A DNA stretch of 32,000 bases from Ureaplasma parvum serovar 3 str. ATCC 27815 (GTDB taxonomy: Bacteria > Bacillota_I > Bacilli_A > Mycoplasmatales > Mycoplasmoidaceae). The number at the start of each line of letters is the position of its first letter. The stretch's first letter is position 1. The DNA lies in assembly GCF_000019345.1 (NCBI RefSeq), contig NC_010503.1:270001-302000 (forward strand). The letters run 5' to 3'. Position numbers and translations under genes: made by a program. Below the pieces are notes generated by a model that was given only the letters and a program-made list of their open reading frames with translations, was not told the DNA's origin and searched no databases. Of this stretch, positions 9,050-20,765 are shown piece by piece.

Positions 9050-9985
9050 ATGACAAATAAAGTTATTCAAAGAAATATTCATATTTCGCACCGTAAAGCT
9101 TCTCTTGTAATTGATTTAGTTCGAAACAAGCCAGTACATGAAGCAATTCGAATTTTAAGTAATACACCAAAGAAGTTTGCTCCAATCGTTTTGAAATTAC
9201 TTAACTCAGCAATTTCAAACGTTCAACATAACTCTAAAGATATGGATCCAAGTAAACTATATATTTACAAAATTGTAGCTAATCAAGGTCCAACAATGAA
9301 AAGAACACTACCACGTGCTAAGGGTTCTGCTGATCAATTATTTAAACGTACAACACATTTAGAAATTGTTTTATCTGATGATGTTAATGAACGTGAAAAA
9401 GAATTAGCAGCTATTAAAGCTAAAAAATCAAAAAAACCATTAGCAGTTGAACCGATTGCTAAAGTTGAAACTAAAAAAGTTGCTAAACCAAGCAAAGTAG
9501 AAATAAAACCAGTTGAAAAAGACGAAAACGTTGATCCAGAACTTTTAAAACGTGAACAACAAGTTTTAAAAGTTGTTGAAAAAACTGCTTCACAAAAAGA
9601 AGAAGAAACTACTGAAACAATTATGATTTCAACATCACCTAAGAATGCACAAGTTTTATTTGATGATTTAGAAAAAAATGTAATCTTTTATAAAACAACA
9701 CCTATTAATAAAGTTTTACGTGTACTAGTTTATGTAACTAGCCCAACTAAAAAAGTTGTTGGTGAATTTGATTTAGAATCAGTTGAAATTGGTGCAATTT
9801 CATCAATTTGAAGAAAATACAGCAAACAATCTGTAATTTCTAAAAAAGAATATGATGCTTACTATGAAGGAAAAGATAAAGCACATGCACTTGTAAGCAA
9901 AAAAGCATATAAATACCGTAATCCAAAAGATCTTAGCGAATATAACATGACTAAAGGTCCAAGTGGATTCCAATATTTAAAATAG
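9050..9985 (+). CDS. rplV: 50S ribosomal protein L22 with a long C-terminal extension: Lys/Glu-rich linker plus an ASCH/PUA-like domain (311 aa in total)
   Basis: aa 1-111 are a normal L22 core ([26 protein letters not shown]...[22 protein letters not shown]). The frame stays open, with one TGA=Trp at 9809-9811, to TAG 9983-9985. aa 112-191 are a KE-rich linker. aa 192-311 (nt 9623-9982) resemble stand-alone ASCH proteins. Confidence 0.85.
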
Positions 9986-10004
9986 GGTAAGGGAGATTTT
10001 ACAA

Positions 10005-10778
10005 ATGGGTCAAAAAGTAAATCCAAATGGACTAAGATTTGGGATCAACAAACAATGACTATCTCGTTGAGTGCCAACTGATCAATTACAAATGGCTAAA
10101 TGATTAGTTGAAGATGATAAGATTAGAAAATATTTATCAACAAAATATAAAAATGCTGGTATTGATCATGTAGAAATTGAACGTGACCAACAACGGGTAA
10201 ATGTTTATGTATATGCTGTACAAAGTGGTTTATTAATTGGAACAGAAGCATCAGAAAAGAAATTAATTGAATTAGCAATTAACAAAATCGTTGGTCGTAA
10301 ACAATTAGTATCTTTAAAAGTAGTTGAAGTTCAAATTCCAGAATTACAAGCTTCATTAATGGCACGTGAAATTGCCGACGCAATTGAAAATAGAGTTTCA
10401 TTTAGAATTGCTCAAAAAATGGTAATTAAAAAAGTTCTAAAAGCTGGTGCTAGAGGTATTAAAACACATGTTTCAGGTCGTTTAGGTGGCGTGGAAATGG
10501 CACGTGAAGAAGGATATACACAAGGTGTAATGACCTTACATACATTACGTGCAGATATTGATTATTCAATGCAAGAAGCACATACAACTTATGGAATTAT
10601 TGGTGTTAAAGTTTGAATTAATCGTGGCGAATTATTTGGTAACAAATTAGTAAACAGTGTTGCGCATGCTGCAAATAAGGAATTTAGTCGTAGTTCAAAA
10701 CCAAAAAAAGGATCATTTAATCGTTCATCAAGATCAAAAAATACTAAACCTGCTCCAAAACAAGCAGTTAGCGAATAG
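10005..10778 (+). CDS. rpsC: 30S ribosomal protein S3
   Basis: GGGAG RBS followed by ATG 10005. [22 protein letters not shown]... joins track ORF 10359..10616 through TGA=Trp codons. It has a basic C-terminal tail. Stop is TAG 10776-10778. Confidence 0.95.
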
Positions 10779-10792
10779 GAGATTATAAAATT

Positions 10793-11209
10793 ATGTTACA
10801 ACCAAAAAGAACAAAATTTCGTAAGCCTCATAAAGTAAGCTACGAAGGTAAAGCTAAAGGAAATAAACAAGTTGATTTTGGTGAATTTGGATTAATGGCA
10901 CTAGAAGGTGCATGAATTGATGCGCGTCAAATTGAATCAGCACGGATTGCAATTTCAAAACGTTTATTAAAAACTGGTAAAATGTGAATTCGTATTTTCC
11001 CACATATGTCATTAACTAAAAAACCATTAGAAGTACGTATGGGTTCTGGTAAAGGTAGTCCAGAAAAATGAGTAGCAGTTGTAAAGGCTGGAACAGTAAT
11101 GTTTGAAATTGCTAATGTTTCAGAAGAATTAATGTGTGAAGCTTTACGTGCTGCTGGAAATAAGTTACCAATTAAAGTAAAAATTGTTAAGAAGGGAGAA
11201 GCTAACTAA
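10793..11209 (+). CDS. rplP: 50S ribosomal protein L16
   Basis: [24 protein letters not shown]...[15 protein letters not shown]. Three TGA=Trp codons. Stop is TAA 11207-11209, overlapping the rpmC ATG. Confidence 0.96.
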
Positions 11210-11436
11210 TGAGTAGTATTGCACAAGATCTTCGTAAAAAAGATAGCTTAGAACTTGAAAAAATTGTTATTGAGCTTAAAGCCAAATTATTAGAACTTCG
11301 TTTTGCAGCTGCGAATGGGGAAGCAGAAAAACTTCATACAGCCAAAGAAATTCGTAAAACAATTGCACGTGCATTAACAATTTTAAATGAACGTGAATTA
11401 GCAGAAAAATTAAACAACAAGGAGGCTAATAAATAA
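11209..11436 (+). CDS. rpmC: 50S ribosomal protein L29
   Basis: Position in the operon. [25 protein letters not shown]. Confidence 0.92.
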   Translation: MSSIAQDLRKKDSLELEKIVIELKAKLLELRFAAANGEAEKLHTAKEIRKTIARALTILNERELAEKLNNKEANK

Positions 11437-11690
11437 TGGAAAGAAGCCGTCGTAAAGTTTTAGAAGGGTTAGTAGTTTCAGATAAAATGCAAAAAACTGT
11501 TGTTGTTAGTGTTGAAACTAAAAGCAAACACCCAATATATAGAAAACTTGTAATTAGTCATAAAAAATACCACGCACACAATGATAATGATGATGCCAAA
11601 GTTGGTGACCTTGTTGAAATCACTGAAACTCGTCCATTAAGTGCAACAAAAAATTGAAGAGTTAGCAAAATTTTAGAAAGAGCACGTTAG
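11436..11690 (+). CDS. rpsQ: 30S ribosomal protein S17
   Basis: [24 protein letters not shown]...HPIYRK...YHAHN...[17 protein letters not shown]. One TGA=Trp extends the track ORF to TAG 11688-11690. Confidence 0.95.
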
Positions 11691-11709
11691 TGCAACTAAG
11701 GAGAAGATT

Positions 11710-12078
11710 ATGATTCAACATATGACAAGACTAAAAGTTGCAGATAACACAGGTGCTAAAGAAGTTGGAGTAATCAAAGTGCTTGGTGGCTCTAAAAAAC
11801 GTTATGCATCAGTGGGCGATATTGTAGTTGTCTCAGTTAAAAAAGCAACACCTGCTGGTTTAATTGCTAAAGGACAAATGGCCAAAGCTGTAATTGTTAG
11901 AACAAAAAAATCAATTCGTCGTGAGTCTGGTTTATTAATTAGATTTGACGAAAACGCATGTGTACTTATTAAAGAGGATAAGACACCAAGAGGATCACGT
12001 ATTTTTGGTCCTGTAGCAAGAGAAATTCGTGATCGTGGATACACAAAAATTGCTTCTCTTGCTCCTGAAGTATTATAG
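11710..12078 (+). CDS. rplN: 50S ribosomal protein L14
   Basis: [44 protein letters not shown]. Confidence 0.97.
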   Translation: MIQHMTRLKVADNTGAKEVGVIKVLGGSKKRYASVGDIVVVSVKKATPAGLIAKGQMAKAVIVRTKKSIRRESGLLIRFDENACVLIKEDKTPRGSRIFGPVAREIRDRGYTKIASLAPEVL

Positions 12079-12092
12079 GAGGTTAGCAGATA

Positions 12093-12425
12093 ATGAACAG
12101 AATTAAAAAAGGCGATACAGTTGTTGTTATTTCAGGTAAAAACAAAAATAAATCTGGCGTAGTTATTCAAGTTAACCCTAAAGAACAAACAGCACTTGTT
12201 GAAGGCGTTAATAAAATTAAACGTCATCAAAAGAAAGATCAAACGCATGAACAATCTGGAATTATTGAAAAAGAAGCTCCAATTCGTTTATGTAAATTAG
12301 CATTAGTTGATCCTAAAGGAAAAGATAAAGGTAAAGCAACTAAAGTTAAATATTTACTTAAAGATAACAAAAAAGTTCGTGTAGCACGTAAAAGTGGTTC
12401 AGAACTTGATGTAAATAAAAAATAA
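12093..12425 (+). CDS. rplX: 50S ribosomal protein L24
   Basis: [24 protein letters not shown] (KOW motif), in the expected operon position. Confidence 0.95.
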   Translation: MNRIKKGDTVVVISGKNKNKSGVVIQVNPKEQTALVEGVNKIKRHQKKDQTHEQSGIIEKEAPIRLCKLALVDPKGKDKGKATKVKYLLKDNKKVRVARKSGSELDVNKK

Positions 12426-12441
12426 AAAGGAAGGATAAGTT

Positions 12442-12996
12442 ATGGCATTCTTAAAAGATTTATATAAAAATAAAGTTGCTAAAGATTTGCAAAAAGAATT
12501 TGCTTATTCTTCTGTAATGCAAATTCCTAAAATTGAAAAAGTAGTTATTAACGCAGGAATTGGAAATGCTGTTGCTGATAAAAAACATTTAGAAGCAGCT
12601 ATTTCAGAATTAACTTTGATTACAGGACAAAGACCTGTTGAAACAAAAGCTAAAAAATCAATTGCAACATTTAAATTACGTGCTGGTCAAAGTATTGGTG
12701 CTAAAGTTACATTACGTGGCGATCGTATGTGAGCATTTATTGAAACTTTATTTAATATTGCTTTACCTCGTGTACGTGATTTTAAAGGAATTTCAAATAA
12801 TTCGTTTGATAACCAAGGTAACTACACTTTAGGTATTAAAGAACAAATTATTTTCCCTCAAGTTGTTTATGATGATGTTAAATCAGTGCGTGGTTTTGAT
12901 GTAACATTTGTTACAACTGCAAAAACAGCCCAAGAAGCTAAAGCATTACTAGTGGGACTAGGTGCTCCATTTCAAAAAGTAAGAGGAGACAAATAA
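12442..12996 (+). CDS. rplE: 50S ribosomal protein L5
   Basis: [17 protein letters not shown]...[39 protein letters not shown]. One TGA=Trp extends the track ORF to TAA 12994-12996. Confidence 0.96.
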
Positions 12997-12999
12997 TTT

Positions 13000-13185
13000 A
13001 TGGCGAAAAAATCATTAATTGCTAAGCAAAAAAAACATCAAAAATTTGCAGTTCGTGAATACACTCGTTGCGTAAGATGTGGTCGTCCACATGCTGTTAA
13101 TCGTAAATTTGGTGTATGTCGTCTTTGCTTTAGAGATTTAGCTTACGCTGGTGCAATTCCAGGAATTAAGAAAGCATCTTGATAG
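13000..13185 (+). CDS. rpsN: 30S ribosomal protein S14, short zinc-ribbon type (61 aa)
   Basis: [22 protein letters not shown] (CxxC...CxxC). It ends KKASW, with TGA=Trp followed by TAG 13183-13185. Confidence 0.95.
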
Positions 13186-13195
13186 GAGGATAGAT

Positions 13196-13594
13196 ATGTA
13201 TTTAGATCCAATTGCTGAATTAATTACAAAAATTAATAATGGTCGTAAGGCCCATAAAGCTGAAGTTAGTTTTGCAACTTCAAAGCTTAAAACAGCGATT
13301 TTAGAATTATTGGTTAAAGAAGGATATATCAAATCTTATGATATTCGTCCAACTGAAAACAATAAATCTGAAACAGTTGTTAAACTAAAATACAAAAACC
13401 AAACAACATCTTCTATCAATGGTTTTAAACAAATTTCAAAACCAGGATTAAGAATTTATTCAACACACTTAAATTTACCAAAAGTATTAAATGGTTTAGG
13501 AATTGCTATCATCACAACTTCAAAAGGTGTTATGTCAGATAAACAAGCAAGAAAGGAAAATGTAGGCGGGGAAGTAATCGCTTACGTTTGATAA
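13196..13594 (+). CDS. rpsH: 30S ribosomal protein S8
   Basis: GGAGG RBS followed by ATG 13196. MYLDPIAELITKINNG...GGEVIAYVW (terminal TGA=Trp followed by TAA 13592-13594). Confidence 0.95.
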
Positions 13595-13602
13595 GAATAT
13601 TT

Positions 13603-14151
13603 ATGTCAAGAATTGGAAATCGTAAATTAACTATTCCAGCTAATGTAAATGTTAGTGTTGAATCTGGTAAAGTACATATTGTTAGTCAAACTGCAAAATT
13701 AAGTGTTGATTTTCCAGTAAATCTAATTAGTGTAGATGTTGTTGATAATACTGTTAAAGTTAGTCGTGCAAACGATGAAAAACAAACAAAAATGTTTCAT
13801 GGAACAGTAAATGCAAATATTGCTAATGCTTTAGTTGGTGTAACTACTGGTTGAAAGAAAGAATTAGAAGTTAAAGGGGTAGGTTTTAGAGCAAAAGTTG
13901 AAGGTTCAAAACTTAATTTAGGATTAGGTTTTTCTCACCCTTTATTAATTCAAATTCCAACAGGTTTAAAAGTTGAAACACCATCAGCTACTGAAATTAG
14001 TATTAATGGAGCAGATAAAGCTGCTGTTGGTGCTTTTGCAGCAGTAGTACGTGCTTATCGTAAACCAGAACCTTACAAAGGTAAAGGTGTGATGTATAAG
14101 GGCGAAAGAATTGTGCGTAAAGCAGGTAAAACTGCAGATAAGAAAAAATAG
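13603..14151 (+). CDS. rplF: 50S ribosomal protein L6
   Basis: MSRIGNRKLTIPANVNV... is joined through a TGA=Trp to ...YRKPEPYKGKGVMYKGERIVRKAGK. Stop is TAG 14149-14151. Confidence 0.94.
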
Positions 14152-14169
14152 AAAGGTCATTCATAAAGT

Positions 14170-14535
14170 ATGAAAAGAATTAATTTTAGTCGTGCTAAAC
14201 AACGTGCACTTCGTGCTAAACGTCTTCATGTTAAAATTCGTAACCTTCAATTAGCTGCAAACAAACCTGTTTTAGTTATTACAAAAACAAATGCACACAT
14301 TTGAGCACAATTAATTTGCTATAACAAAAATATTACTTTAGCTTCATCATCATCTGTACAATTAGATTTACAAAATGGTAATAAAGATAATGCACGTTTA
14401 GTAGGTGTTGATATTGCTAAAAAAGCTTTAGCACAAGGCTTTAAACAAGTTATTTTTAACAAAAATGGTGCTAAATACCATGGGCGTATTAAAGCATTAG
14501 CAGATGCAGCGCGTGAAGCTGGATTAGAATTTTAA
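14170..14535 (+). CDS. rplR: 50S ribosomal protein L18
   Basis: ATG 14170. ...TNAHIWAQLI...[26 protein letters not shown]. One TGA=Trp. Absent from the standard-code track. Confidence 0.94.
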
Positions 14536-14552
14536 AAAGGAGCAGTTATAAT

Positions 14553-15164
14553 ATGGAAAACAATGTTAAAAAAGAAACTATTGTAGATAGTGAAAAAGTT
14601 GAAAAGCAACAACTAGTAACTGCACCAGTAGTTAATAAAAAAGAAAATACAGAACCAAAAGCAAAAACATTTAAACGTGAAACAACAACATCAAATTTTG
14701 AAGAACGTGTAGTGAAAATTAAACGAATTTCAAAAACAACAAAAGGTGGACGTATGATGCGTTTTAGTGCTTTAGTTGTTATTGGTGATAAAAATGGAAC
14801 TGTTGGTTTTGGTATGGGTAAATCAATTGAAGTTCCAGATGCAATCAAAAAAGCGATTAAAAACGCAAACAATAATTTAATTAAAGTTAAGCAAACAAAA
14901 AAAGGTTCAATTTACCATGATGTAAATGGTCGTCATGGAGCTGCTAAAGTAATGTTACTACCTGCTCCTGAAGGTACTGGAATTATTGCTGGTGGACCTG
15001 TACGTGCTGTGGTTGAATTAGCTGGATTTACTGATATTTATACAAAATCACGTGGTGCTAATGCGCCAATGAATGTTATTCGTGCCACAATCAATGGGTT
15101 ATTACAACAATTAACACCAAAAGAAATTGCACGTTTACGTGACAAAAGTTTAAGAGAAATATAG
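14553..15164 (+). CDS. rpsE: 30S ribosomal protein S5 with an N-terminal extension of about 45 aa
   Basis: The core starts at [43 protein letters not shown] and is preceded by a Lys/Glu-rich extension. Confidence 0.95.
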
Positions 15165-15180
15165 TGATTAGGAGTTTGTC

Positions 15181-15627
15181 ATGCAATTACATAATTTAGA
15201 ATATAAAAAAGGTTCAAGAAACCACAAAGAAAAACGTGTTGGTCGTGGTCATGGTTCTGGTTTAGGAAAAACTTCTGGGCGTGGACAAGATGGACAAAAA
15301 GCACGTAAATCAGGAATGGTACGTTTAGCTTTTGAAGGAGGACAAACACCACTTTATCGTCGTGTGCCAAAAGTTGGTTTTAACAACGATCGTTTTGCAA
15401 ATAAATATAACGTTGTAACTTTAATTTCATTAGTAAAATATGAAACAAAAGAATTAACAGTTGAATTTATGTATGCAAATAAAATTGCTAAAAATGAAGA
15501 TTTACCAATTAAGGTTATAGGTAATGCAGTTTTACCAAGTGGCACAGTAGTAAGTGCTCACAAATTTAGTAAAGGCGCATTGGAATCAATTAGTAATTCA
15601 AAAGCAAAAGCACAAATTTTAGAGTAA
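15181..15627 (+). CDS. rplO: 50S ribosomal protein L15
   Basis: [40 protein letters not shown]. It follows rpsE directly, with no rpmD between them. Confidence 0.96.
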   Translation: MQLHNLEYKKGSRNHKEKRVGRGHGSGLGKTSGRGQDGQKARKSGMVRLAFEGGQTPLYRRVPKVGFNNDRFANKYNVVTLISLVKYETKELTVEFMYANKIAKNEDLPIKVIGNAVLPSGTVVSAHKFSKGALESISNSKAKAQILE

Positions 15628-15679
15628 TAAAAGTTTATAATATATAATTTATTACTAAACCAAAATAAGGGGATTAACA

Positions 15680-17095
15680 ATGACTAACAAACAGAAGAAA
15701 AAAAATGCTTTTAGACAGTTGTTAATGATCTTTAAAAATAAAAAAGTTTTAGTTGCATTAATTGTAACTTTAAGTATATTAATCTTGTTTAGAATTGGAT
15801 CTGTTATCCCAATGCCATACATTAAGTTAAATGGTAATTTTGGCAATCAAGGTTCATTCTTTTCAATTATTAACTTATTAGGCGGGGGAGGGCTATCACA
15901 ATTTTCACTCTTCGCAATTGGGATAGGACCTTATATTACCGCTCAAATTATTATGCAACTTTTATCAAGTGAGCTTGTGCCACCACTCGCCAAATTATCC
16001 AAATCAGGTGAGCGTGGTCGTAAAAAAATTGAAGTGATTACAAGAATCATTACCTTGCCTCTTGCAGTGATGCAAGCTGTCATTATTATTAATTTAATGA
16101 CAAGAGCAAATGGATTTATTTCAATTGTTTCAAATGCACCATTTGCTATTGGTTCACCATTATTTTATGTAACATACATTTTTTTAATGGTTGGTGGCAC
16201 TTATATTTCGTTATTTTTAGCTGATCTAATTTCGAAAAAAGGTGTTGGTAATGGAATTACATTATTAATTCTTACAGGAATTGTTGCTTCATTATTTAAT
16301 CACTTTATTGCAATTTTTTCAAATTTAGGTAGTTTAACAAGCAGTAAAGTTTCACAAATTATCGGTTTCATTTTATACATTTTATTCTATATTATGATCT
16401 TAATTGGTGTTGTTTTTGTTAATAATTCAACAAGAAAAATTCCAGTTCAACAAACCGGTCAAGCTCTAATTTTAGATCATGAGAAACTACCATTTCTTCC
16501 TATTAAAATTATGACAGCAGGAGTAATGCCAGTGATCTTTGCATCATCTGTTTTAGCCATTCCTGCACAAGTTGCTGAATTTTTAGATAAACAAAGCATG
16601 GGTTATTATGTGATTCATAATTACTTCATTGTTGATTCTTGAACGGGTCTAGCAATTTATGTTGTTTTAATTTTATTATTTACATTCTTCTTTTCATATG
16701 TACAACTTAATCCACCAAAAATGGCTGAAGATATTAAAAAAGCCGGTCGTTTTATTCCAGGTGTTCAAGTTGGAATGGATACTGAAAAACATATTACAAA
16801 AGTAATTTATCGCGTGAATTGAATTGGTGCACCAATTCTTGCTTTTCTAGCATGCTTGCCTCATTTGGTTGCTTTAGTAGCTAAAACAATCAATCATGGA
16901 ATTCCTGTAATTCAACCATCAACAATTTTTGGAGGAACTTCAATTATTATTATGGTTACAGCAACGCTTGAATTATGAAATGCAATTAAATCAACATCAA
17001 CTTCAACATCATACGCTTACCAAAGAAAAGAATTAGAAACATCCATTACAGTAAGCGCTGAAAGTGACAAGAGTAGTAAGTCACAAATTTGATAG
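15680..17095 (+). CDS. secY: Preprotein translocase subunit SecY
   Basis: AAGGGG RBS. GGGGLSQFSLFAIGIGPYITAQIIMQLL...GERGRKKI... Four further TGA=Trp codons extend track ORF 15680..16642 to TAG 17093-17095 (471 aa). Confidence 0.95.
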
Positions 17096-17103
17096 AGGTA
17101 TTT

Positions 17104-17745
17104 ATGAAAATCCTTTTAATTGGCCCCCCAGGGAGTGGTAAGGGAAGTGTTAGTGAATTATTAACTAAAAATAATACATTAAAACATGTTTCCACAGGTA
17201 ATTTATTTCGTGCAATTCTAAAAGAGGATAGCGAATTAGCACGTAAAATTAAAGAGATTAATGTTTCTGGTGGTAAATTAGTACCAGATGAAATTACTAA
17301 TCAAGTTGCTAAATCAGCAATTGATGAATTAATTAAAAATGAACAATCATTTATTTTAGATGGTTATCCACGCACAATTAATCAAGCCTTAGCATTAGAA
17401 CAATATTGTAATTTAGATTATATTTTTTATCTAGATATTGATCATCAAGAATTAATGAAACGTTTAACTGGGCGTTGAATGTGCCCAAAATGTGCAGGAA
17501 TTTATAATATTCATTTTAAAAAACCACAAGTTCATGGTTTATGTGACAATGATCAAGCTACTCTTTATCAACGAGCTGATGATCATGCAGATGCTGTAAG
17601 TATTCGATTAGATGAATATGATAAATTAACCCTACCTTTGATTAAGCATTATGAAACTAATCCACGTTTTATTAAAATCAATGCTAATCAACCTATTGAA
17701 GATGTTTATAAAAACATTAACAATTATTTAAAACAAAATAAGTAA
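17104..17745 (+). CDS. adk: Adenylate kinase
   Basis: GAGG RBS followed by ATG 17104. MKILLIGPPGSGKGS P-loop. FILDGYPRT. The lid CPKCAGIYN...LCDND follows a TGA=Trp that joins the two track ORFs. Confidence 0.95.
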
Positions 17746-17769
17746 AAAAAAGTAGATGAAGTTAAAACC

Positions 17770-18519
17770 ATGGTTATTGTTAAAACAGAAAAAGATATTG
17801 CTGCTATTAAAGAAGCTGTGCGAATTTGAAAAATTGCTCGTGAAGCAATTTATAAACAAGCTAAAGCAGGCGTTTCATTAAAAGAATTAGACTTATTAGC
17901 TAAAGAAGTTATTGAAGCAAATGGTGGAATTGCTGCTTTTCACAACTATTTAGGTTTTAAAGGTCATATTTGTATTTCAGTGAATGAGTGCGTTATTCAT
18001 GGAGTCCCAACCGATTACGTCTTAAAAGATGGTGATAAGGTAACATTTGATGTTGGTGTTAAATACGATAATCATTATTGTGATGCGGCGTTTACCATTA
18101 TTATTAACAACTCAAATGTTGAAGCACTAAAAATATCAGAGATTTGTAAAAAATCAATTGACGAAGCCGTTGCAATTATTAAACCAAAAGTAACAACACA
18201 TGCAATTTCGAATGCAATTCAAAAGTTTATTGAAAAAAACGGTTATTTTGTTCTTCGTGATTTTGCCGGCCACGGTTGTGGTAATGAAATTCATGAAGAT
18301 CCATTGATTCCTAATTATCGATCTTTATTGTATCGTAATGTTACATTAGAAGAGAATATGGTAATTTGTATTGAACCAATGATTCTAAGTGGATCAAATG
18401 CTTATTATATTGATCCAAACGATCAATGATCTGTAAAATCTAAAAATCATCAAATGACTTGTCATTGAGAACATATGATTCTAATTACAAAAGATGGTTG
18501 TGAAGTTTTAACAGATTAA
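17770..18519 (+). CDS. map: Methionine aminopeptidase, type I
   Basis: ATG 17770. ...FHNYLGFKGHICISVNECVIHG...FDVG...GHGCGNEIHEDP...CIEPM...WEHMILIT. TGA=Trp codons join the segments. Stop is TAA 18517-18519. Confidence 0.94.
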
Positions 18520-18546
18520 GGGATATATTTTAAACAAGGAATAAAA

Positions 18547-18771
18547 ATGGCAGATACAGAAAAATTAAAAATGCTTGGTAAAATTGTTGAAGTTTTACAA
18601 GGCGGAAATTTTAGAGTTCAATTAGAAAATGGCATCACGATTATGAGCCACGTATCAGGTAAAATGCGTGTTAATAAAATTAACATTTTACCAGGTGATA
18701 CTGTTGATGTTGAGTTAAGTCCATACGACCTAACACGTGGAAGAATTACATATCGTCATCGTGATAACTAA
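18547..18771 (+). CDS. infA: Translation initiation factor IF-1
   Basis: [60 protein letters not shown]. Confidence 0.96.
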   Translation: MADTEKLKMLGKIVEVLQGGNFRVQLENGITIMSHVSGKMRVNKINILPGDTVDVELSPYDLTRGRITYRHRDN

Positions 18772-18794
18772 AATTAAACGAAAGGAAAACTATA

Positions 18795-18908
18795 ATGAAA
18801 GTTAGAGCTTCAGTTAAAGCAATTTGTAAAGATTGCAAAATCGTAAAGCGATCAGGTGTTGTGCGTGTTATTTGTGCTAATTCAAAACACAAACAACGTC
18901 AAGGTTAA
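18795..18908 (+). CDS. rpmJ: 50S ribosomal protein L36
   Basis: [46 protein letters not shown] (37 aa). Too short for the ORF track. Confidence 0.95.
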   Translation: MKVRASVKAICKDCKIVKRSGVVRVICANSKHKQRQG

Positions 18909-18932
18909 TAAAAAGAAAGGAAGATAAATAAT

Positions 18933-19331
18933 ATGGCACGTATTTTAGGGGTAGATATTCCTAATGATAAAAGAGTTGTAATTTCATTAACATACATTTT
19001 TGGTATTGGAAAATCTACATCTCAACAAATTTTAAAATTAGCTAATATAGATGAAAATATTCGTGTAAAGGATTTAGCTGATGAACAAATTGCTGAAATT
19101 CGTCGAGTTGCTTTAAATTTTGTTAAAGCAAATGGCGAAAAATTACAATTAGAAGGTGATTTACGAAGAACTGTAGCCATGGATATTAAGCGTTTAATGG
19201 AAATCGGTTCATATCGTGGAATCCGTCACCGTCGTGGTTTACCAGTGCGTGGACAAAGAACAAAAACAAACGCTCGTACACGTAAAGGACCACGTAAAAC
19301 AGTTGCTAATAAAAAGATTGAAACTAGATAA
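18933..19331 (+). CDS. rpsM: 30S ribosomal protein S13
   Basis: [26 protein letters not shown]...[25 protein letters not shown]. Confidence 0.97.
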   Translation: MARILGVDIPNDKRVVISLTYIFGIGKSTSQQILKLANIDENIRVKDLADEQIAEIRRVALNFVKANGEKLQLEGDLRRTVAMDIKRLMEIGSYRGIRHRRGLPVRGQRTKTNARTRKGPRKTVANKKIETR

Positions 19332-19352
19332 TAAGAAAGGAATAATCAAACT

Positions 19353-19718
19353 ATGGCAAAGAAGAAAAAACTTAGTTTTACTAATGGAATTGCATATATT
19401 CATGCAACTAAAAATAATACGATTATTACTTTGGCTGATGAACAAGGAAGCGTTTTATCTTGAGCATCATCTGGTTCAATCGGTTATAAAGGAACAAAGA
19501 AAAAAACTCCATATTCAGCAGGTATTGCTGCTGAAGCTGCAGCAAAAGCTGTGATTGATATGGGATTAAAATCTGTTGAAGTTCATGTTAATGGAACAGG
19601 TGCAAGTCGTGATACAGCAATTCGTAGCCTACAAGCAGCAGGTTTAGAAGTAACAAAAATTAAAGATGTTACTCCAATTCCACATAATGGGTGTCGTCCA
19701 CCTAAAAAACCAAGATAG
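19353..19718 (+). CDS. rpsK: 30S ribosomal protein S11
   Basis: ATG 19353. ...[46 protein letters not shown]...[15 protein letters not shown]. One TGA=Trp. Confidence 0.95.
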
Positions 19719-19754
19719 TAATTTGGTTTTGATTATTGCAAAAGGAGAAATAAC

Positions 19755-20738
19755 ATGCGTAAATTTTTAAAATACCAACTTGATGTGCCATCAATTAATA
19801 GCGAAGACAAAAATCGTACAGTTGTTAAAATTGCCCCACTTGAAATTGGTTTTGGTGACACATTAGGAAATGCCTTACGTCGAATTTGTTTATCATCAAT
19901 TCCTGGTGCCTCAATGTTCGCTGTTAAATTTGGGGGATATTCGCATGAATTTCAACCATACGAAGGTGTTAAAGAAGACATTACTCACATCATTTTAAAC
20001 TTAAAAAATTTAGCAATTAAAATTGATGAATTAATTTATAGTGAAGACTATTTCAACAATTTATTAATTGATAAATGACCAAAAATGAAAATTAATTTCA
20101 AAGGACCTGGTGTGATTACAGCTAAAGATATTGTATGTCCAGTAGGTTTTGAAATTGTTAACCAAGACTTATATATTGCAGAAGTAACAAAACCAATTGA
20201 TGTAGAAATTGAAATTTTTGCAAAAACAGGACGTGGTCGTGTCGATTTTAATACAAATAAGGATTTTGTTTCAACACTACATATTATCGCAACCGATTCA
20301 AATTATTCACCAGTTCTACATTACGCTTATAATGTAGAAATGATTAAAGATTCAAAATCATCAATGTCTGAGATTTTAACAATTGACATTGCAACAAATG
20401 GTACGATATCAGGAAGCGAAGCAATTGCGATTGCTGCTAAGATTATGCAAGCGCATTTAGAACCAATCGTGAACATTGATAAAACAATTAATGAAATGAT
20501 TATTATGCGTGAGCGTGAGGAAGAAGAAAAACGTCAAAACGCTTCAATTTCAATTGATGATTTAGATTTAACGGTGCGTGCATATAATGCTTTAAAACAA
20601 TCAGGTATTAATACCACTGCTGAATTAATTGAATTAACAAAATCACAACTTGAAAAAATTAAGAATTTAGGACGTAAATCAGTTACTGAAATTATTCAAA
20701 AATTAACTGAACGTTCACTTGAGTTAAAAAAAGATTAA
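19755..20738 (+). CDS. rpoA: DNA-directed RNA polymerase alpha subunit
   Basis: [20 protein letters not shown] in the N-terminal domain and [40 protein letters not shown] in the C-terminal domain. The two track ORFs join through a TGA=Trp at 20076-20078. Confidence 0.95.
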
Positions 20739-20765
20739 AACTTTAAAAGAAAGGAATAATTTGAT

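Noticed and set aside
14546-14872. Minus-strand ORF of 108 aa, plus similar short antisense or out-of-frame ORFs (1349-1540, 3429-3659, 5883-6149, 6494-6688, 6915-7175, 11802-12044, 12638-12832, 13138-13332, 15179-15545, 19216-19554, 31108-31719)
   Set aside because: All lie inside or antisense to confidently identified conserved genes. None has an RBS or a recognisable product.
15165-15180. Absence of rpmD (L30) between rpsE and rplO as a novelty
   Set aside because: The gap is only 16 nt, so nothing is hidden there. To my recollection the same operon in M. pneumoniae and M. genitalium also lacks rpmD, so this is a lineage trait.
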